Source of the DNA: an uncultured virus (IMG/VR IMGVR_UViG_3300011223_000001)
Lineage: Duplodnaviria; Heunggongvirae; Uroviricota; Caudoviricetes
Reading direction: 5' to 3' (one strand)
DNA: 64,000 nucleotides
IMG/VR virus record: IMGVR_UViG_3300011223_000001
Location: 186,001-250,000 of that record
The notes beneath the pieces were generated by a model, which was not told the origin of the DNA, searched no databases, and was given only the letters and a program-made list of their open reading frames with translations. The translations under genes and the position numbers were made by a program. Below are positions 20,617-31,237 of the stretch, one piece after another (positions within the stretch are counted from its first letter, which is position 1; each line of letters opens with the position of its first letter).

Positions 20617-21351
20617 ATGCAACAGCCTAATCGCAAGCAGCCCAACCGCCAACAAAAGAAAACCAAATCTACGACCCCAAACCGTACCGCGGTCGAGATC
20701 ATTGACGTCAATCCAGTACGCCGGTCGCGCTCTGAGCGCACCATGTTGTCGCTGACCACCAGCAGCTACCCTCACTACCTGATCGGCAACATGGCGTACG
20801 TCCTCTACGCTGCCGATCCAGCACAGTGCAAGAAAGCGGTGGACATCGAGAACAAGTTCGGTTTGCTCGACTTCATCCGCGAGGTCAGCTTCAAAGGCAA
20901 TGAGCGTGGTGTGGTGTTCACGGCGGGTTGGTTGCGCTTGGAGCCCCAGACCCTGCGTATCGACAACCTGGGCGACGTTGCATTGACCCCTATCAAGTTC
21001 GAAGGTGGTCGTGAAACACTGGACGCGCTGCGCGCCAAACAGGGTCTGATGCAGTCCTTGGTGGAAAACTACCACCGCGGTCAGGTGCGCGGTATGACCC
21101 GTGCCAACGACATCAACGCCAAACAGTGGCGCATGGTTGAAAAGAAACTGACCCTGTCCACTGAAAACGCCTTCGCCGGCATCGGCCGCAGTGAGACGGT
21201 GTACGACCTCACCGCAACCGAGGCGATCGGTGTACTGAACGAGGCCCTCGCCCAAGCGGAGTTCGACATCCAGTTCACCGCGAACACGATCCGTGTGGTG
21301 AATGGTGACTCCACCCGGGAAATCACCTACATCGCCGCTGCACGGGCGTAA
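20617..21351 (+). CDS. Hypothetical protein
   Basis: TAAGGA SD; 244 aa with basic N-terminus. Confidence 0.75.
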   Translation: MQQPNRKQPNRQQKKTKSTTPNRTAVEIIDVNPVRRSRSERTMLSLTTSSYPHYLIGNMAYVLYAADPAQCKKAVDIENKFGLLDFIREVSFKGNERGVVFTAGWLRLEPQTLRIDNLGDVALTPIKFEGGRETLDALRAKQGLMQSLVENYHRGQVRGMTRANDINAKQWRMVEKKLTLSTENAFAGIGRSETVYDLTATEAIGVLNEALAQAEFDIQFTANTIRVVNGDSTREITYIAAARA

Positions 21352-21362
21352 GGCTGAGCCGG

Positions 21363-21401
21363 ACATAGCCCCCTCCCTACAGGGAGGGGGTTTATGCCGT
21401 C
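21363..21401. terminator. Likely bidirectional terminator between convergent genes
   Basis: GCCCCCTCCC-TACA-GGGAGGGGGT then TATGCCGTC. Confidence 0.7.
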
Positions 21402-23836
21402 TAGAGGGTGCTGATTGAACCATCGGTGTTAAGCCGGTATGTACGATTACCGGCAATGGTTTTGATCACACGGGGAGTCCCGAAGATCTGATGGATAGTG
21501 GCGCCTTCAACCAAAGCCCACCCGCCATTGAGGTAGCGGTAAACCCGGTTGTTAGCAATGTCCAAGATGACGTCCCAGCGGTAGCCGTCTTGTACGGTAA
21601 AGTTGGTGAAGGTGGCCTTGGCTTGTGAATAGGTACCAAACCCGTAGGGGCATGGACCTTTAAACTTGCTAAGGAGAGGATCTGAATCCAAGTTCACCGA
21701 CATCGTCAATGCCGGGTTGTATTCCTCACTGTCCCAGTCAGACATCTGAACCACAAACTGATCGCCCTTACGCGACACCTTGGCTTTACGGAAGCGTCCT
21801 GACCAGCCACGGATATCCTCGCCCTGATAAACCGAGAACTCCTTATAGCGATCCTTTTGCGTAGCCCACTGCGAGACCGCGTTGGTGTCAGTGTTAAGGG
21901 TGATGGCTGGCCACTTACCTGGGCGTCCTGACCAACCGGCGGCACCTGCGGTCATGGTGATGTTCAGTGTGTTGTTGAGGCCTTTTGCGGTATCGCGGTA
22001 ATACGCCAGAACGATGGTGATGAAGTCATCGTCACCATCCGTTGAACGCAACTTGACTTCAAGGTCGTAGTTCTCGGTGGCGTAGTTGGAGATAAAGCCA
22101 ACATACGCGACGGTGTTGATGGGTTGAACGGCGCTTTGTTGGGCGTCATCCCATTGCCAAGACGCTGCCTCGCCTTCAGCGGGAGTGCCAGACGGGTACA
22201 GGATATCGTTGGAGAACCGCGCCCAGGTATCGAACACTTGCTTGGTGGTGGGGGGTGTGATCGTGGCCAGGGCATTATTGAGTTCACTGGCGTTGGTGTA
22301 GGCGTTCACGTTAACATCGGTCAACGGTAACTTGGCATCAAAGTAGTTACGCAGGAACTCAAGGTTACGGGCACCACCGGGTTGGTACACCTGTTGGTAA
22401 AACGGTTGGATGTTGGCAAAAGCCTTGGCCAGTGCGTTTTGACGCAGTTCCGTAGGCAGCAGCGCATGCACCAATTGCGCCGCTTTAGCTTTACCATTGA
22501 CCTGACGGATATCGGCCGCTTTACGCAAAACCGTCACCGTGCGTCCGTACGTAAATGGGGAATCGATCGTGGCCCGCAGTTGGTCACCGTTTTTGACCGG
22601 AACGCCATCTGCTCCCGCAAACCAGATCAGCTTGGTGCCCCCTGCTTCATCGAAGAAGGTCTCACCCACCTTGATCGCACCGATATAGATCGACCCTTTC
22701 AGCGTACCCAGCCCAGCGCCGACCAATTCGATCTTGGGTTTTGCCCGGAAGTCCCAGCCGACATCAACCGTATCCATAGGGGTACCATCGGCTGCTTTGA
22801 ACAGGATGATTTCGCCGGTGTTGATGTTGTACACGAATGTTGCTGTGTAGATCGTCCCATCCGCTGTTTTGGCCAGCCAATGGATCTTGTTGGCCCCTTC
22901 CGTGAACTTGGTGGGAGTAACAGCCCCCGGTGCTTTAAGCGGTGAGGAGGTGGCCACCACTTTGGATTCAGAGGTGCCCGCTGGGAAGTCATCGGTGTCG
23001 GCCATGCCGTTGTACAACGGATGATCACCATAGGTCGAACGCAAGAAACCTACGTTGACTGGCGTGCGATCGTAGTTACCAGTGAAATAGGCACCGAAGT
23101 TGACGATCACCCGGTTGGCCGTGCTGAAGAATCCGCCCTTGGTGGGGTCGTTCACTTGGGAAGGGTCTGTGACGTTAGCACCGTGGTCGGTGATAAAGAT
23201 CATACCGTTCCCCGCCGCGCGGTAAGCTACCAGATCAGCGATGGCACTGTTGGTGATCAGCTGGGGGTTTTGGCCAATTGACGCTGTGGAGAACATCACT
23301 ACAGCGCAGTATTGCTCCAGCTCGCTCAACGACGGATTGAGCATGGTGCCNNNNNNNNNNATCGTCGGTACAAAACCCGCTACGGCGCAAATGCGCGCGA
23401 TCGAGGTGGCAAAACTGTTGCTCCCGGTGCCCTTGACTAAGTAGGAAGTGCTTTCAGCGGTTTGGTCACCCAGAAACAACACCTTCTTGTTACCCGCGGC
23501 CACCTTGCTCGGGTTAGCGCAGAACTTAAGTGCGTTGTACAGGTACTTAAACGCAGGGCTTAGTTGTTCAAACGTAGCCCCCTCTGCTGGCGCAGCCGGG
23601 TTGTAGAACTTGATGAACCCCCCGTCATAGACCACATTTCCTTTGCCGTCTTGGGTGACCGCAATAAACGGGTTGGGTGGTGACAGGGTGTCGTAGGCAA
23701 TGTACTTGGACACCGAAGGCGGTGTTCCATTTAAGGACATTGCCACTTCGGTGATCGAGGGGTCAAAGGTCCAGCTAACCGTGCGCTCCGTTGGGTAGTA
23801 ACCCCCGGGCACTGACGGCACTACGATATTGGCCAT
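21401..23836 (-). CDS. Putative virion structural/appendage protein (spans the N gap at 23351-23360)
   Basis: About 811 aa, beta-rich composition, lectin/TSP-C-like STDGDDDFI segment; true gap length unknown. Confidence 0.6.
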   Translation of the reverse strand: MANIVVPSVPGGYYPTERTVSWTFDPSITEVAMSLNGTPPSVSKYIAYDTLSPPNPFIAVTQDGKGNVVYDGGFIKFYNPAAPAEGATFEQLSPAFKYLYNALKFCANPSKVAAGNKKVLFLGDQTAESTSYLVKGTGSNSFATSIARICAVAGFVPTXXXXGTMLNPSLSELEQYCAVVMFSTASIGQNPQLITNSAIADLVAYRAAGNGMIFITDHGANVTDPSQVNDPTKGGFFSTANRVIVNFGAYFTGNYDRTPVNVGFLRSTYGDHPLYNGMADTDDFPAGTSESKVVATSSPLKAPGAVTPTKFTEGANKIHWLAKTADGTIYTATFVYNINTGEIILFKAADGTPMDTVDVGWDFRAKPKIELVGAGLGTLKGSIYIGAIKVGETFFDEAGGTKLIWFAGADGVPVKNGDQLRATIDSPFTYGRTVTVLRKAADIRQVNGKAKAAQLVHALLPTELRQNALAKAFANIQPFYQQVYQPGGARNLEFLRNYFDAKLPLTDVNVNAYTNASELNNALATITPPTTKQVFDTWARFSNDILYPSGTPAEGEAASWQWDDAQQSAVQPINTVAYVGFISNYATENYDLEVKLRSTDGDDDFITIVLAYYRDTAKGLNNTLNITMTAGAAGWSGRPGKWPAITLNTDTNAVSQWATQKDRYKEFSVYQGEDIRGWSGRFRKAKVSRKGDQFVVQMSDWDSEEYNPALTMSVNLDSDPLLSKFKGPCPYGFGTYSQAKATFTNFTVQDGYRWDVILDIANNRVYRYLNGGWALVEGATIHQIFGTPRVIKTIAGNRTYRLNTDGSISTL

Positions 23837-23844
23837 GGGTTAAC

Positions 23845-24213
23845 TCACTTCTTTTTGAAAGGACGGTCAACACGGATCAGGACTTTGGTCGCAGTGTCAC
23901 GGGCCAAACGAACACGCACCGCACCCGCGGCGGTAATGCCACACACTACAAACGCCTCTGAACCGATGTAGTACCCATTGGTGTCCGACCCACCTTGCTC
24001 ATCCAACACCCACACCTGCACGCGGGCAGACTTCAGGTCGTACTGTGTCGACTCCGTACCCATGAGCGTGGTGAGGTTATAGTCCTTGACAGCATTGGCC
24101 GCCATCGTCACTTCTTCAAACACCAGGGGTTTACCACCTGCTTTAGCGATGGTAACCAACTTGGTGATCATGTTGGTGAATTTTGCCACGAAGGCAACAG
24201 ATTTCAAACTCAT
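23845..24213 (-). CDS. Putative small virion structural protein
   Basis: 122 aa, GAGG SD, co-oriented with the adjacent large structural gene. Confidence 0.55.
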   Translation of the reverse strand: MSLKSVAFVAKFTNMITKLVTIAKAGGKPLVFEEVTMAANAVKDYNLTTLMGTESTQYDLKSARVQVWVLDEQGGSDTNGYYIGSEAFVVCGITAAGAVRVRLARDTATKVLIRVDRPFKKK

Positions 24214-24261
24214 GGCTTACCTCAGCAATAATAGAAAGGGGCCCGAAGGCCCCCAGATTAA

Positions 24262-26472
24262 TCACCAGCCCATGTACGTGGCTGACTGTTTCGTTTCTGT
24301 TGGCAACTCATCTGTGACGCTGATGTCGCACTGTTTGAAATACGCATTGACCTGGGTGGTGAATGCCGACACGTCGTCCATACCTGCGGCAGCGACCAGC
24401 TCTACCTTAAGTTCGTCTTCAGGGTCACTGTGGTCTTCCAAAGACTCAGAGATCTCGAAGGGCGACTTGATCCCCGTGATCTGCTGGACCATCTCCATGC
24501 TCCATGCTAGGATGTCCGAGGAGCGTGTCGAGATGTTGGGTTTGTCGCCGGTGTCCAGGTTAGCGCGGTACACCGTGGTTTGTGTGTCCGCGCCAATGCG
24601 GTGAATCCGCGAGATCGCCTGTTCTTGGATGTACGCCCGGAAAGGGTCGTTGATCATGATCATAGTGTCAGCCATGACCAGCGGGACTGCCGTGGACAGG
24701 GAATTGTAGGTGGCAATGAGTGGGTTTAAGCGCTCGTCTTTCTCAAACTTACCCACGATGCTGGCAAGCTCGTTGTTGGTCTTACCATACACCACAAGCG
24801 GTGAGAGCCCCACTTGTTTGCATTGCTCCTCGGCGGCAGTCAGTGCTTCAACGAAACTGGTAAAGACCACGGTCTTCTTCTCGGTGGTGTCGCACACCCC
24901 TTTGAAGTCCAAGTACTTGACCATCTCCACGTGGCATTCGATCCGCTTGCGTCCCAACACGCGACCCAAGCATTCACCTTGAATCTTAAGCTTGGTGTAC
25001 TTGATGATCGACTTGACGTTACGAAACTCTTTGATCATGTCCTTAGGCAGCGACGGTTCAAAGTACTTCTTTTCGTAGGCGTTGGTGTAGGCGATCTCTT
25101 CACCGATGAAACGTGGATCAGGCGTGGCGATCACCGTCTTGAGGGTTAACTTGTAGCGCTGGTACTCGGCCTTGGCAGAGCCGCCTTTGAGCGAGCGCTC
25201 ATGGATATCCAAGCAACGCTCCCAGAAACGCTCATCTTCCTTGCGACGCTTCTTGTAGAACTCTACCCGCTCTTGGATGAACGCCTCCATGACCTTGCGG
25301 ATCGACTCCAAGGTGTACAGATCACCTGTGGGCATCTTGATCGGCAACATCTTCATGATCGGTTTCTCAAGCTTCAAGGCCGATTTTTCGATCTTGTGCG
25401 AGATCATCCCCATGCGGTGCTTGAGGATATCCAGACCTTTATTACCATCCTTACCAAAGATCTTCTTATAACGCTCCTGGACCTGCGTGGTGAAGAGATC
25501 GTCCAGCACCGTGAGCAATGGGATCAATTCAGCGCCCATTGCTTTAACAGGTGTGCCTGAGGCCGGGATGATGTTCTTGCACTGCATGGTCTTACACAGT
25601 TCAATGAACAGCTGTGTACGCTGGGACTTGATCTCGTTGAGGTTGTGGGATTCATCGAGCACGATGATGGGGTTTTGGCCAGCGACCTGATGGCTCTTGA
25701 CCATTTGCAAAAGTTTGTCGAGGTATTCGTAATGACAAACCACGATGCGTTCTTTGTTGTACGGCCGGCTTCCGTCAGACAACCAATACTTCTGCTCTTG
25801 CTTGTACTCATCGCGCACGGTGTTGCCCCACACACGCACCAACGCGTTCTTGGGGCATACGACGATCACCACGTCGGCATCGAGTCCTTCGGCCACGTAC
25901 AGCGCCGCCATGGTCTTACCCGAGCCTGCGGCACCTGCCAACAGGTAACCATTTAGGCCATACTGGTCAACCTTGGTGTTGTAGACTTCCAGAAAACCCA
26001 TCTGGTGTTCCAGTGGCGACTTATGGAAGCGCTTGAAGTTTTCAAACTTCAGTCGCCCCTCTTTCGGTTCTTCACTGGGGAGGGTGTTCTTCAGCCATGT
26101 GTTGGCATACAGGGCATCGCGGATGTTGGTCAGCACCCGCACCGACACGCCCGAGCGGCTCGCAATGAGCTGATCCAGCATGTAGACAATGTCCATAGCA
26201 AAGAACTTGTAGAAACTGAAACTGTGCTTGCCCAGGGTGTTGAACATGTTGATGGCGATCTTGGACGTCTTCCAGATACGCCCCATGTCACGCTGCATCA
26301 CATCGGCTGGGATACCCTGCACGATAATGTCGGTGTTGGTTTCTTTAACAAGGATTGCGCCAAACGCCCGGCGAAACCCGGCAAACATTTCTTCGCTGAC
26401 AACTTCCGGCTGGAACGTGGGATCGAAGTAACATTCACGCCCCACCTGGGGTTCTGAATAACGTGGCTGCAT
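24262..26472 (-). CDS. SF2 (SNF2-like) helicase; start may be the Met at 26388
   Basis: GAAGSGKT (I), LDESHN (II), SGTP (III), QAISRIHRIG (VI). Confidence 0.9.
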   Translation of the reverse strand: MQPRYSEPQVGRECYFDPTFQPEVVSEEMFAGFRRAFGAILVKETNTDIIVQGIPADVMQRDMGRIWKTSKIAINMFNTLGKHSFSFYKFFAMDIVYMLDQLIASRSGVSVRVLTNIRDALYANTWLKNTLPSEEPKEGRLKFENFKRFHKSPLEHQMGFLEVYNTKVDQYGLNGYLLAGAAGSGKTMAALYVAEGLDADVVIVVCPKNALVRVWGNTVRDEYKQEQKYWLSDGSRPYNKERIVVCHYEYLDKLLQMVKSHQVAGQNPIIVLDESHNLNEIKSQRTQLFIELCKTMQCKNIIPASGTPVKAMGAELIPLLTVLDDLFTTQVQERYKKIFGKDGNKGLDILKHRMGMISHKIEKSALKLEKPIMKMLPIKMPTGDLYTLESIRKVMEAFIQERVEFYKKRRKEDERFWERCLDIHERSLKGGSAKAEYQRYKLTLKTVIATPDPRFIGEEIAYTNAYEKKYFEPSLPKDMIKEFRNVKSIIKYTKLKIQGECLGRVLGRKRIECHVEMVKYLDFKGVCDTTEKKTVVFTSFVEALTAAEEQCKQVGLSPLVVYGKTNNELASIVGKFEKDERLNPLIATYNSLSTAVPLVMADTMIMINDPFRAYIQEQAISRIHRIGADTQTTVYRANLDTGDKPNISTRSSDILAWSMEMVQQITGIKSPFEISESLEDHSDPEDELKVELVAAAGMDDVSAFTTQVNAYFKQCDISVTDELPTETKQSATYMGW

Positions 26473-26537
26473 GGTTAGAACCTAAGCTTTGTGGTTAGAC
26501 TATAAAATTAGCGACTTTTACCGGTTGTGTATTGTAT

Positions 26538-26699
26538 GTGCAGGGCTACGACAGTGGCCAGTCAGGAGGTGATCCAGTACTCGCAAGTTGTTTCTCCCCA
26601 GAACTGCTGATAGTAACGCCGGATGGCATCACTGGGCAGCTCACAGGTTCCTTGCACACCCCCATAAGGCCTGTCCTTCGGGGCGGGCCTTATGCCGTC
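26538..26699 (+). ncRNA. Candidate small RNA with 14-nt complement of the 16S rRNA 3' end
   Basis: TAC-N13-TATG promoter; 5' GTGCAGGG pairs with CCTTGCAC (26650-57); AGGAGGTGATCCAG at 26564-26577; UUCG terminator 26663-26694. Confidence 0.7.
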
Positions 26700-26710
26700 T
26701 ATAATTGAAA

Positions 26711-26727
26711 CCTATATCACAAGGGTG
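26711..26727 (+). promoter_or_regulatory. Early-type promoter
   Basis: CCTATATCACaagggTG. Confidence 0.75.
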
Positions 26728-26780
26728 AATATCTACTCACCACCCTTAGGTTATATAGGGGACTGTCTACAGGAGACGTT

Positions 26781-27215
26781 ATGCTCACCCAACAAATTAT
26801 GGCCGGCCTGCGTTATGAACGCGGTCTATCTACTCAACCCAGGTGCACCGACATCCGAAAGATCGCTAACCTCAACCTTACAGCCCCGATCAACATGATC
26901 GCGGCACTGGCTGAGGGTAAAGAAGTCATCCTTTGGCATACGTCGACTGGTAGCGAGTACATCGGTTATCGTCTCCTGTCTAATAACGATGACGCAACCA
27001 ACATCGCGTTCGGGGTTCCTGAACTGTGTTACGATCGCCCTGAAACCGTTCATGCCATTTCGCAGTTCCACTTTGTCGAGTGTGACGGCGTGATCGCATC
27101 GGCTATTGACGTGTGGCCGATGTCGGCTATCTACTGGCTGGCAGCGAGTGACGTTGGGCATTACAGGGTTGAGGTGCAGTTGATCAAGAAGGATAAAGAT
27201 GAATGCAGGGGATAG
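26781..27215 (+). CDS. Hypothetical protein
   Basis: AGGAG SD; 144 aa. Confidence 0.7.
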   Translation: MLTQQIMAGLRYERGLSTQPRCTDIRKIANLNLTAPINMIAALAEGKEVILWHTSTGSEYIGYRLLSNNDDATNIAFGVPELCYDRPETVHAISQFHFVECDGVIASAIDVWPMSAIYWLAASDVGHYRVEVQLIKKDKDECRG

Positions 27216-27877
27216 AGTTTTTTGATATACCCGGATCGTGGGCAGGCGTCGGTAGTCGTGAGGCCCCGATGCCTGCTCAGATCCTCATGGTCCGTTATGC
27301 CCGTACCGCCTATGAACTCGGGTTGGGTTCCTTGTACAGCGGTGATGCTATCGCCAGTGACTTTGCCTTTTGGGTCGGGGCGGTGCTGTCGGGTAGTGAG
27401 CACTTCGAGCGGCACAAGCCGAAGATCTTCTTGTCTCGAAACGGTTACCAGAACCGCTGGCATGATGACGCCTTAGGTTTCATCAACGCCAAGACGCTGG
27501 GGCGTGAACGCTGGATGGAAGCCAACCAAATCGCACTAGAAGCCCGTAAGGGTTTTTGGGGTTTAGGTAAGGGCGGTATTGAGCTTGTTACACGCAACCC
27601 GTTCCAGCTACTGGACGTCGACTTAAAACACCCAGTGGCTAAATGTTTGTATTGGGGTATCCCGCAAGGCAAGACCGAGAAAGTCCGCGGTGGTACAAAC
27701 GTGGCCTTACAGGTCGCCATTCGGTTTGGCATCCCTAGGATGAATTTGTACTATGAAGAAAACCAAAGGCTCCTTCAAGCGTGGCTGGAGGAAAAAGAAA
27801 GCAAAGCCAGCTACCCCCGAAACCTCACCGATATCCTCGACTCCCGCCGTACCGATAGCCCTTACCCGGGCTTCTGA
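27203..27877 (+). CDS. SLOG/DprA-like nucleotide-binding protein
   Basis: AGVGSREAP, LYSGDAIASD, RN..Q.L, GGT..A...A...GIP..NL motifs. Confidence 0.7.
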   Translation: MQGIEFFDIPGSWAGVGSREAPMPAQILMVRYARTAYELGLGSLYSGDAIASDFAFWVGAVLSGSEHFERHKPKIFLSRNGYQNRWHDDALGFINAKTLGRERWMEANQIALEARKGFWGLGKGGIELVTRNPFQLLDVDLKHPVAKCLYWGIPQGKTEKVRGGTNVALQVAIRFGIPRMNLYYEENQRLLQAWLEEKESKASYPRNLTDILDSRRTDSPYPGF

Positions 27878-28085
27878 AGCTGAGACGATCGCCAAAGACA
27901 TGTTGTTTGTTCGCGACAACTTAGTCTGCTCCATCGAACCGGACCAGGTCTACACGGCTAACGAGGTCATCGACTTTGTTGACCAAGGGATCAATGGTGT
28001 CCTTAAAGTAGTAGAACAGCAATGCGAACCCTGGAGTTTGACCATTGACATCTGCCAAGCCTACTTCGACAAAATCAACAGCTGA
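27753..28085 (+). CDS. IN[NST]-tag family protein (start uncertain; overlaps the SLOG gene)
   Basis: GINGVLKVVE...CQAYFDKINS-stop. Confidence 0.55.
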   Translation: MKKTKGSFKRGWRKKKAKPATPETSPISSTPAVPIALTRASEAETIAKDMLFVRDNLVCSIEPDQVYTANEVIDFVDQGINGVLKVVEQQCEPWSLTIDICQAYFDKINS

Positions 28086-28551
28086 CCTATCCGCAGTGCT
28101 GGGTAAGGTCCAGCAGCCTTCTGAGCGTTTTCGTGCAAATCTTGCGCGGTCTATTCTCGCCCGGAATTACCCGCAGGTGCCCATCTATACCCTGGAGGAG
28201 TTGGTTCACAAAGCAACCACCCCACGGTTCGAAACGCCACAGCCCACGCTTGAATGTCCGCTCCTGCTGATGTTGTTGATGTCTACAGAGGCCAACCTAC
28301 TGTTGCAGTACATGCGCCGGGTCAGTCAGGTTCACGGCCTGAAAGGCCTCGACCCCGATAACAGTGGTTTGCTAGTCGCGTCAGCCGGTGTGAGTATGCT
28401 ACAGGCTTACGCCGGTTACGAGGTACGGGCCGTGGGTGTGGAAAACCCGGTTGCCTTCGAACAAGCCATGCAAAAATACCTACACACCCGTCGGCTGGTA
28501 GGCGTCACCGTCGATGTCCTTGAACACACTGAGGTTCCCCATGTTCGCTAA
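28045..28551 (+). CDS. Hypothetical protein (start uncertain)
   Basis: 168-aa ORF; weak similarity to the next gene. Confidence 0.55.
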   Translation: MTSAKPTSTKSTADLSAVLGKVQQPSERFRANLARSILARNYPQVPIYTLEELVHKATTPRFETPQPTLECPLLLMLLMSTEANLLLQYMRRVSQVHGLKGLDPDNSGLLVASAGVSMLQAYAGYEVRAVGVENPVAFEQAMQKYLHTRRLVGVTVDVLEHTEVPHVR

Positions 28552-28960
28552 TCAGCAACTCGCCCAAGATACCCAAGACCAGCTGAACAAGTGCTTTCAT
28601 GCCGTCGAATTGGTCAGTCTATCGGAGCTACTTAAACGCGCCACGTGCAGTATACCAGTCGAAAAGACCGCGGCGGATAAACGCCCGGTGTTGGTACACC
28701 TCACCTCTGGTCAGTGTTCCGACACCCTCACTGAACTCAACAAGGCCTATCTGGCGATGTACCCGGGTACGGACATTACACTGTCTGAACGTATCAGTGA
28801 CAGCGGTTACCTGTTTAAATTTGTTGACCGCGTTTTCGAGTGGGAGCATGTTCACGCTGTCTTAAGTGCATGCACTGAAAGCGGGGACACTGTCGTAGCC
28901 ATCGCTTGGGAAAAGCTTGAGAGGAGTCCGGACCATGACACTGATCGCAACGTCGACTGA
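28541..28960 (+). CDS. Hypothetical protein
   Basis: GAGGT SD; 139 aa. Confidence 0.65.
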   Translation: MFANQQLAQDTQDQLNKCFHAVELVSLSELLKRATCSIPVEKTAADKRPVLVHLTSGQCSDTLTELNKAYLAMYPGTDITLSERISDSGYLFKFVDRVFEWEHVHAVLSACTESGDTVVAIAWEKLERSPDHDTDRNVD

Positions 28961-29609
28961 TCTTTACAAGGCGCTGAGCACCGCAAAACACCCGTATTAC
29001 CACAGCAGCGAGTACGAAGAAACACACGAGCACATGTCTGAATTCCTGGCCGCATGGAAGGATTACGACATCGACCTCAACCGCGTCATCCGTTGGGACA
29101 TCCGGGAGGTCAAAGACGACTTCAGCAACCCTAACGACATGACCGACGAAGATCGTCGTTACTTCGGCGAGCCGGGGTCGCAGTATGCCTTAGTGCATTT
29201 CGTGGCGCCACGCAAGGGGCACACGTTCACCCACCGCATCTTGAACCTCATGCCTGGTGAAGTGCCGCAGTTGTACGTGTTCCTCAAAAAGCACTGGGAA
29301 TACACGCAGCAACTGTGGGACCCACTCCCACACATCGAGTATGTACCGCCGACCACACCCCGTAGCCGGTTCTTGGATCGCGTAAAAACGGTCACTAAAG
29401 ACCACGAGATCGGTGAAAGCGGTATGCCTGGGCACTTCCGCATCCAGGCCAACAAGCAGATCCATCAAGCAGTGGCCAGTGTGCTGGGTGTTATCGATGA
29501 TAGCTATGTATTGTTGGAACGACCCGAAGACGAGGATATGCCGCTAGACGCCGGGTTGAACATTGCTGGTGAACTCGCCAAAACATACTTTGCGGATATC
29601 AACACATGA
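28935..29609 (+). CDS. Phage domain fused to IN[NST]-tag domain
   Basis: GAGGAG SD; N-terminal HPYY...DIDLNRVIRWD...RKG...LWDPL domain; C-terminal VLGVIDDSYVLL...[16 protein letters not shown]. Confidence 0.75.
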   Translation: MTLIATSTDLYKALSTAKHPYYHSSEYEETHEHMSEFLAAWKDYDIDLNRVIRWDIREVKDDFSNPNDMTDEDRRYFGEPGSQYALVHFVAPRKGHTFTHRILNLMPGEVPQLYVFLKKHWEYTQQLWDPLPHIEYVPPTTPRSRFLDRVKTVTKDHEIGESGMPGHFRIQANKQIHQAVASVLGVIDDSYVLLERPEDEDMPLDAGLNIAGELAKTYFADINT

Positions 29610-30559
29610 AGCAATGGCACCAACTGGATACGATGGCGCTGTATAAGCGCCTTCGTGCCCGTCAATCCACTTCTAATTATCGGTTGGATCGTGTACTTAT
29701 GTCAGGGATCAATGAAGCAGAAGGCGCAGACATGGACAAAGTCGAGCGTGAAGAAAACCGCATGCGCGAAGCGAATGGCCTGGCCGGAATCCGTAAGAAC
29801 ATCCTGCCTGGCACTCGGGCGCTGATAGAACAACACGCACAGTTCCGTACCGATGCCAATCGTCGTGTGCCTATTGACCTCGATAGCCCCCAGGCCAAAG
29901 CAATCATCGAAACCAACCTGTGTCCTGAAGTGGTCGAGCCACCGGGGCTTACGGTAACCCCGCCGATGGAGGATGTTTGTAAGACGATCGTGGTACTGGC
30001 ACGGTTGGCTGCCGAGATGGCTACCGTAGCACACAGCGAAGAAGGTTACACCGACTTCGATGGTTTCGCTTACGCGGCCATCTATGTCGACCGTGTGATC
30101 AAGGAGCAATTCGCGAGCCAGTTCCCATCGCTCGAACACTCGCACATGCTGAGTCAGATGCACCTTGATCCACTGCACAAGTACATGGCGGATCGTGACT
30201 ACCGGTTGGACCCGACCCACTGTCACAGAACGGATCGTGTAATGCACCTGATTCGCGACTACGCCGAGTTTCACCTTGAACGTCCTTGGCCGCAAGACGA
30301 CATGGAGAAGTTGGCCAAAATGATCATGGTCGATAAGCAGCTCCACAACATCGTCGCACCATGGCTGCGCCACCGTAACAGCGAACGCCAACGCCTTGTA
30401 CGTGTTTCAACCCCTGGTTGGCGTGACGACGGTTGGCTGTATAAAAAACTGAAGGAGGCCCAAGATGGTGACGACACCAAACGCGACTTCTTCAACGCCT
30501 GGACCACCGATACCGATGGTCAGGCTACCCTACTGATTGATAAGGACAAATCGCAATGA
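29606..30559 (+). CDS. Hypothetical protein
   Basis: ATGA overlap; 317 aa. Confidence 0.75.
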   Translation: MKQWHQLDTMALYKRLRARQSTSNYRLDRVLMSGINEAEGADMDKVEREENRMREANGLAGIRKNILPGTRALIEQHAQFRTDANRRVPIDLDSPQAKAIIETNLCPEVVEPPGLTVTPPMEDVCKTIVVLARLAAEMATVAHSEEGYTDFDGFAYAAIYVDRVIKEQFASQFPSLEHSHMLSQMHLDPLHKYMADRDYRLDPTHCHRTDRVMHLIRDYAEFHLERPWPQDDMEKLAKMIMVDKQLHNIVAPWLRHRNSERQRLVRVSTPGWRDDGWLYKKLKEAQDGDDTKRDFFNAWTTDTDGQATLLIDKDKSQ

Positions 30560-31236
30560 TCATGAATGACCGCTGGATCATCAACCAGTGCATCGAACCA
30601 TGTCAGCACATCGAACATGAGACTTACCTGGGTATCGGTGGGGTCGAATCTCACACCGTTGTTTCGGAGGCCGTTCCAGACCCGAATTGGAGGCCCATGA
30701 TCGAACCGTTTGTACGTGAATGCGTGCGTACTGTTGACGACAACAAGGTCATCTCCTACGGCGTCTCCAGCTTCGGCTACGACGTGCGCCTGGCCGACGA
30801 GTTCAAGATCTTCACCAATGCCAACGGCGGTGTCATCGACCCCAAGCGCATGGACATCGATGCGGTGATGATCGACGGTATCGTGCGTACCGATGAGTGG
30901 GGCGATAAGTACGTTATCCTGCCACCGAATAGCTATCTGCTCGGCCGTACCATGGAATACTTCCGCATCCCACGTGACATCATGGTGGTGTGCCTGGGTA
31001 AGTCGACCTACGCCCGCTCTGGCGGTATTGTCAACGTAACGCCGATCGAAGCCGAGTTCGAAGGCAATGTTGTCATCGAGGTGAGCAACAGCACGACCCT
31101 GCCGATGAAAGTCTACGTCGGTGAAGGTATCGCTCAGTTCCTGTTCCTCCAGGGCAACGAGGAATGCATGACTTCGTACAAGGACCGCAACGGTAAGTAC
31201 ATGGGTCAGGTCGGTATTACTCACGCGAAGGTGTGA
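30556..31236 (+). CDS. dcd: dCTP deaminase
   Basis: [55 protein letters not shown]. Confidence 0.93.
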   Translation: MIMNDRWIINQCIEPCQHIEHETYLGIGGVESHTVVSEAVPDPNWRPMIEPFVRECVRTVDDNKVISYGVSSFGYDVRLADEFKIFTNANGGVIDPKRMDIDAVMIDGIVRTDEWGDKYVILPPNSYLLGRTMEYFRIPRDIMVVCLGKSTYARSGGIVNVTPIEAEFEGNVVIEVSNSTTLPMKVYVGEGIAQFLFLQGNEECMTSYKDRNGKYMGQVGITHAKV

Positions 31237-31237
31237 C

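Noticed and set aside
23351..23360. Possible gene break in the 811-aa structural gene
   Set aside because: Assembly N gap; both sides read as continuous protein, so no biological inference is possible.
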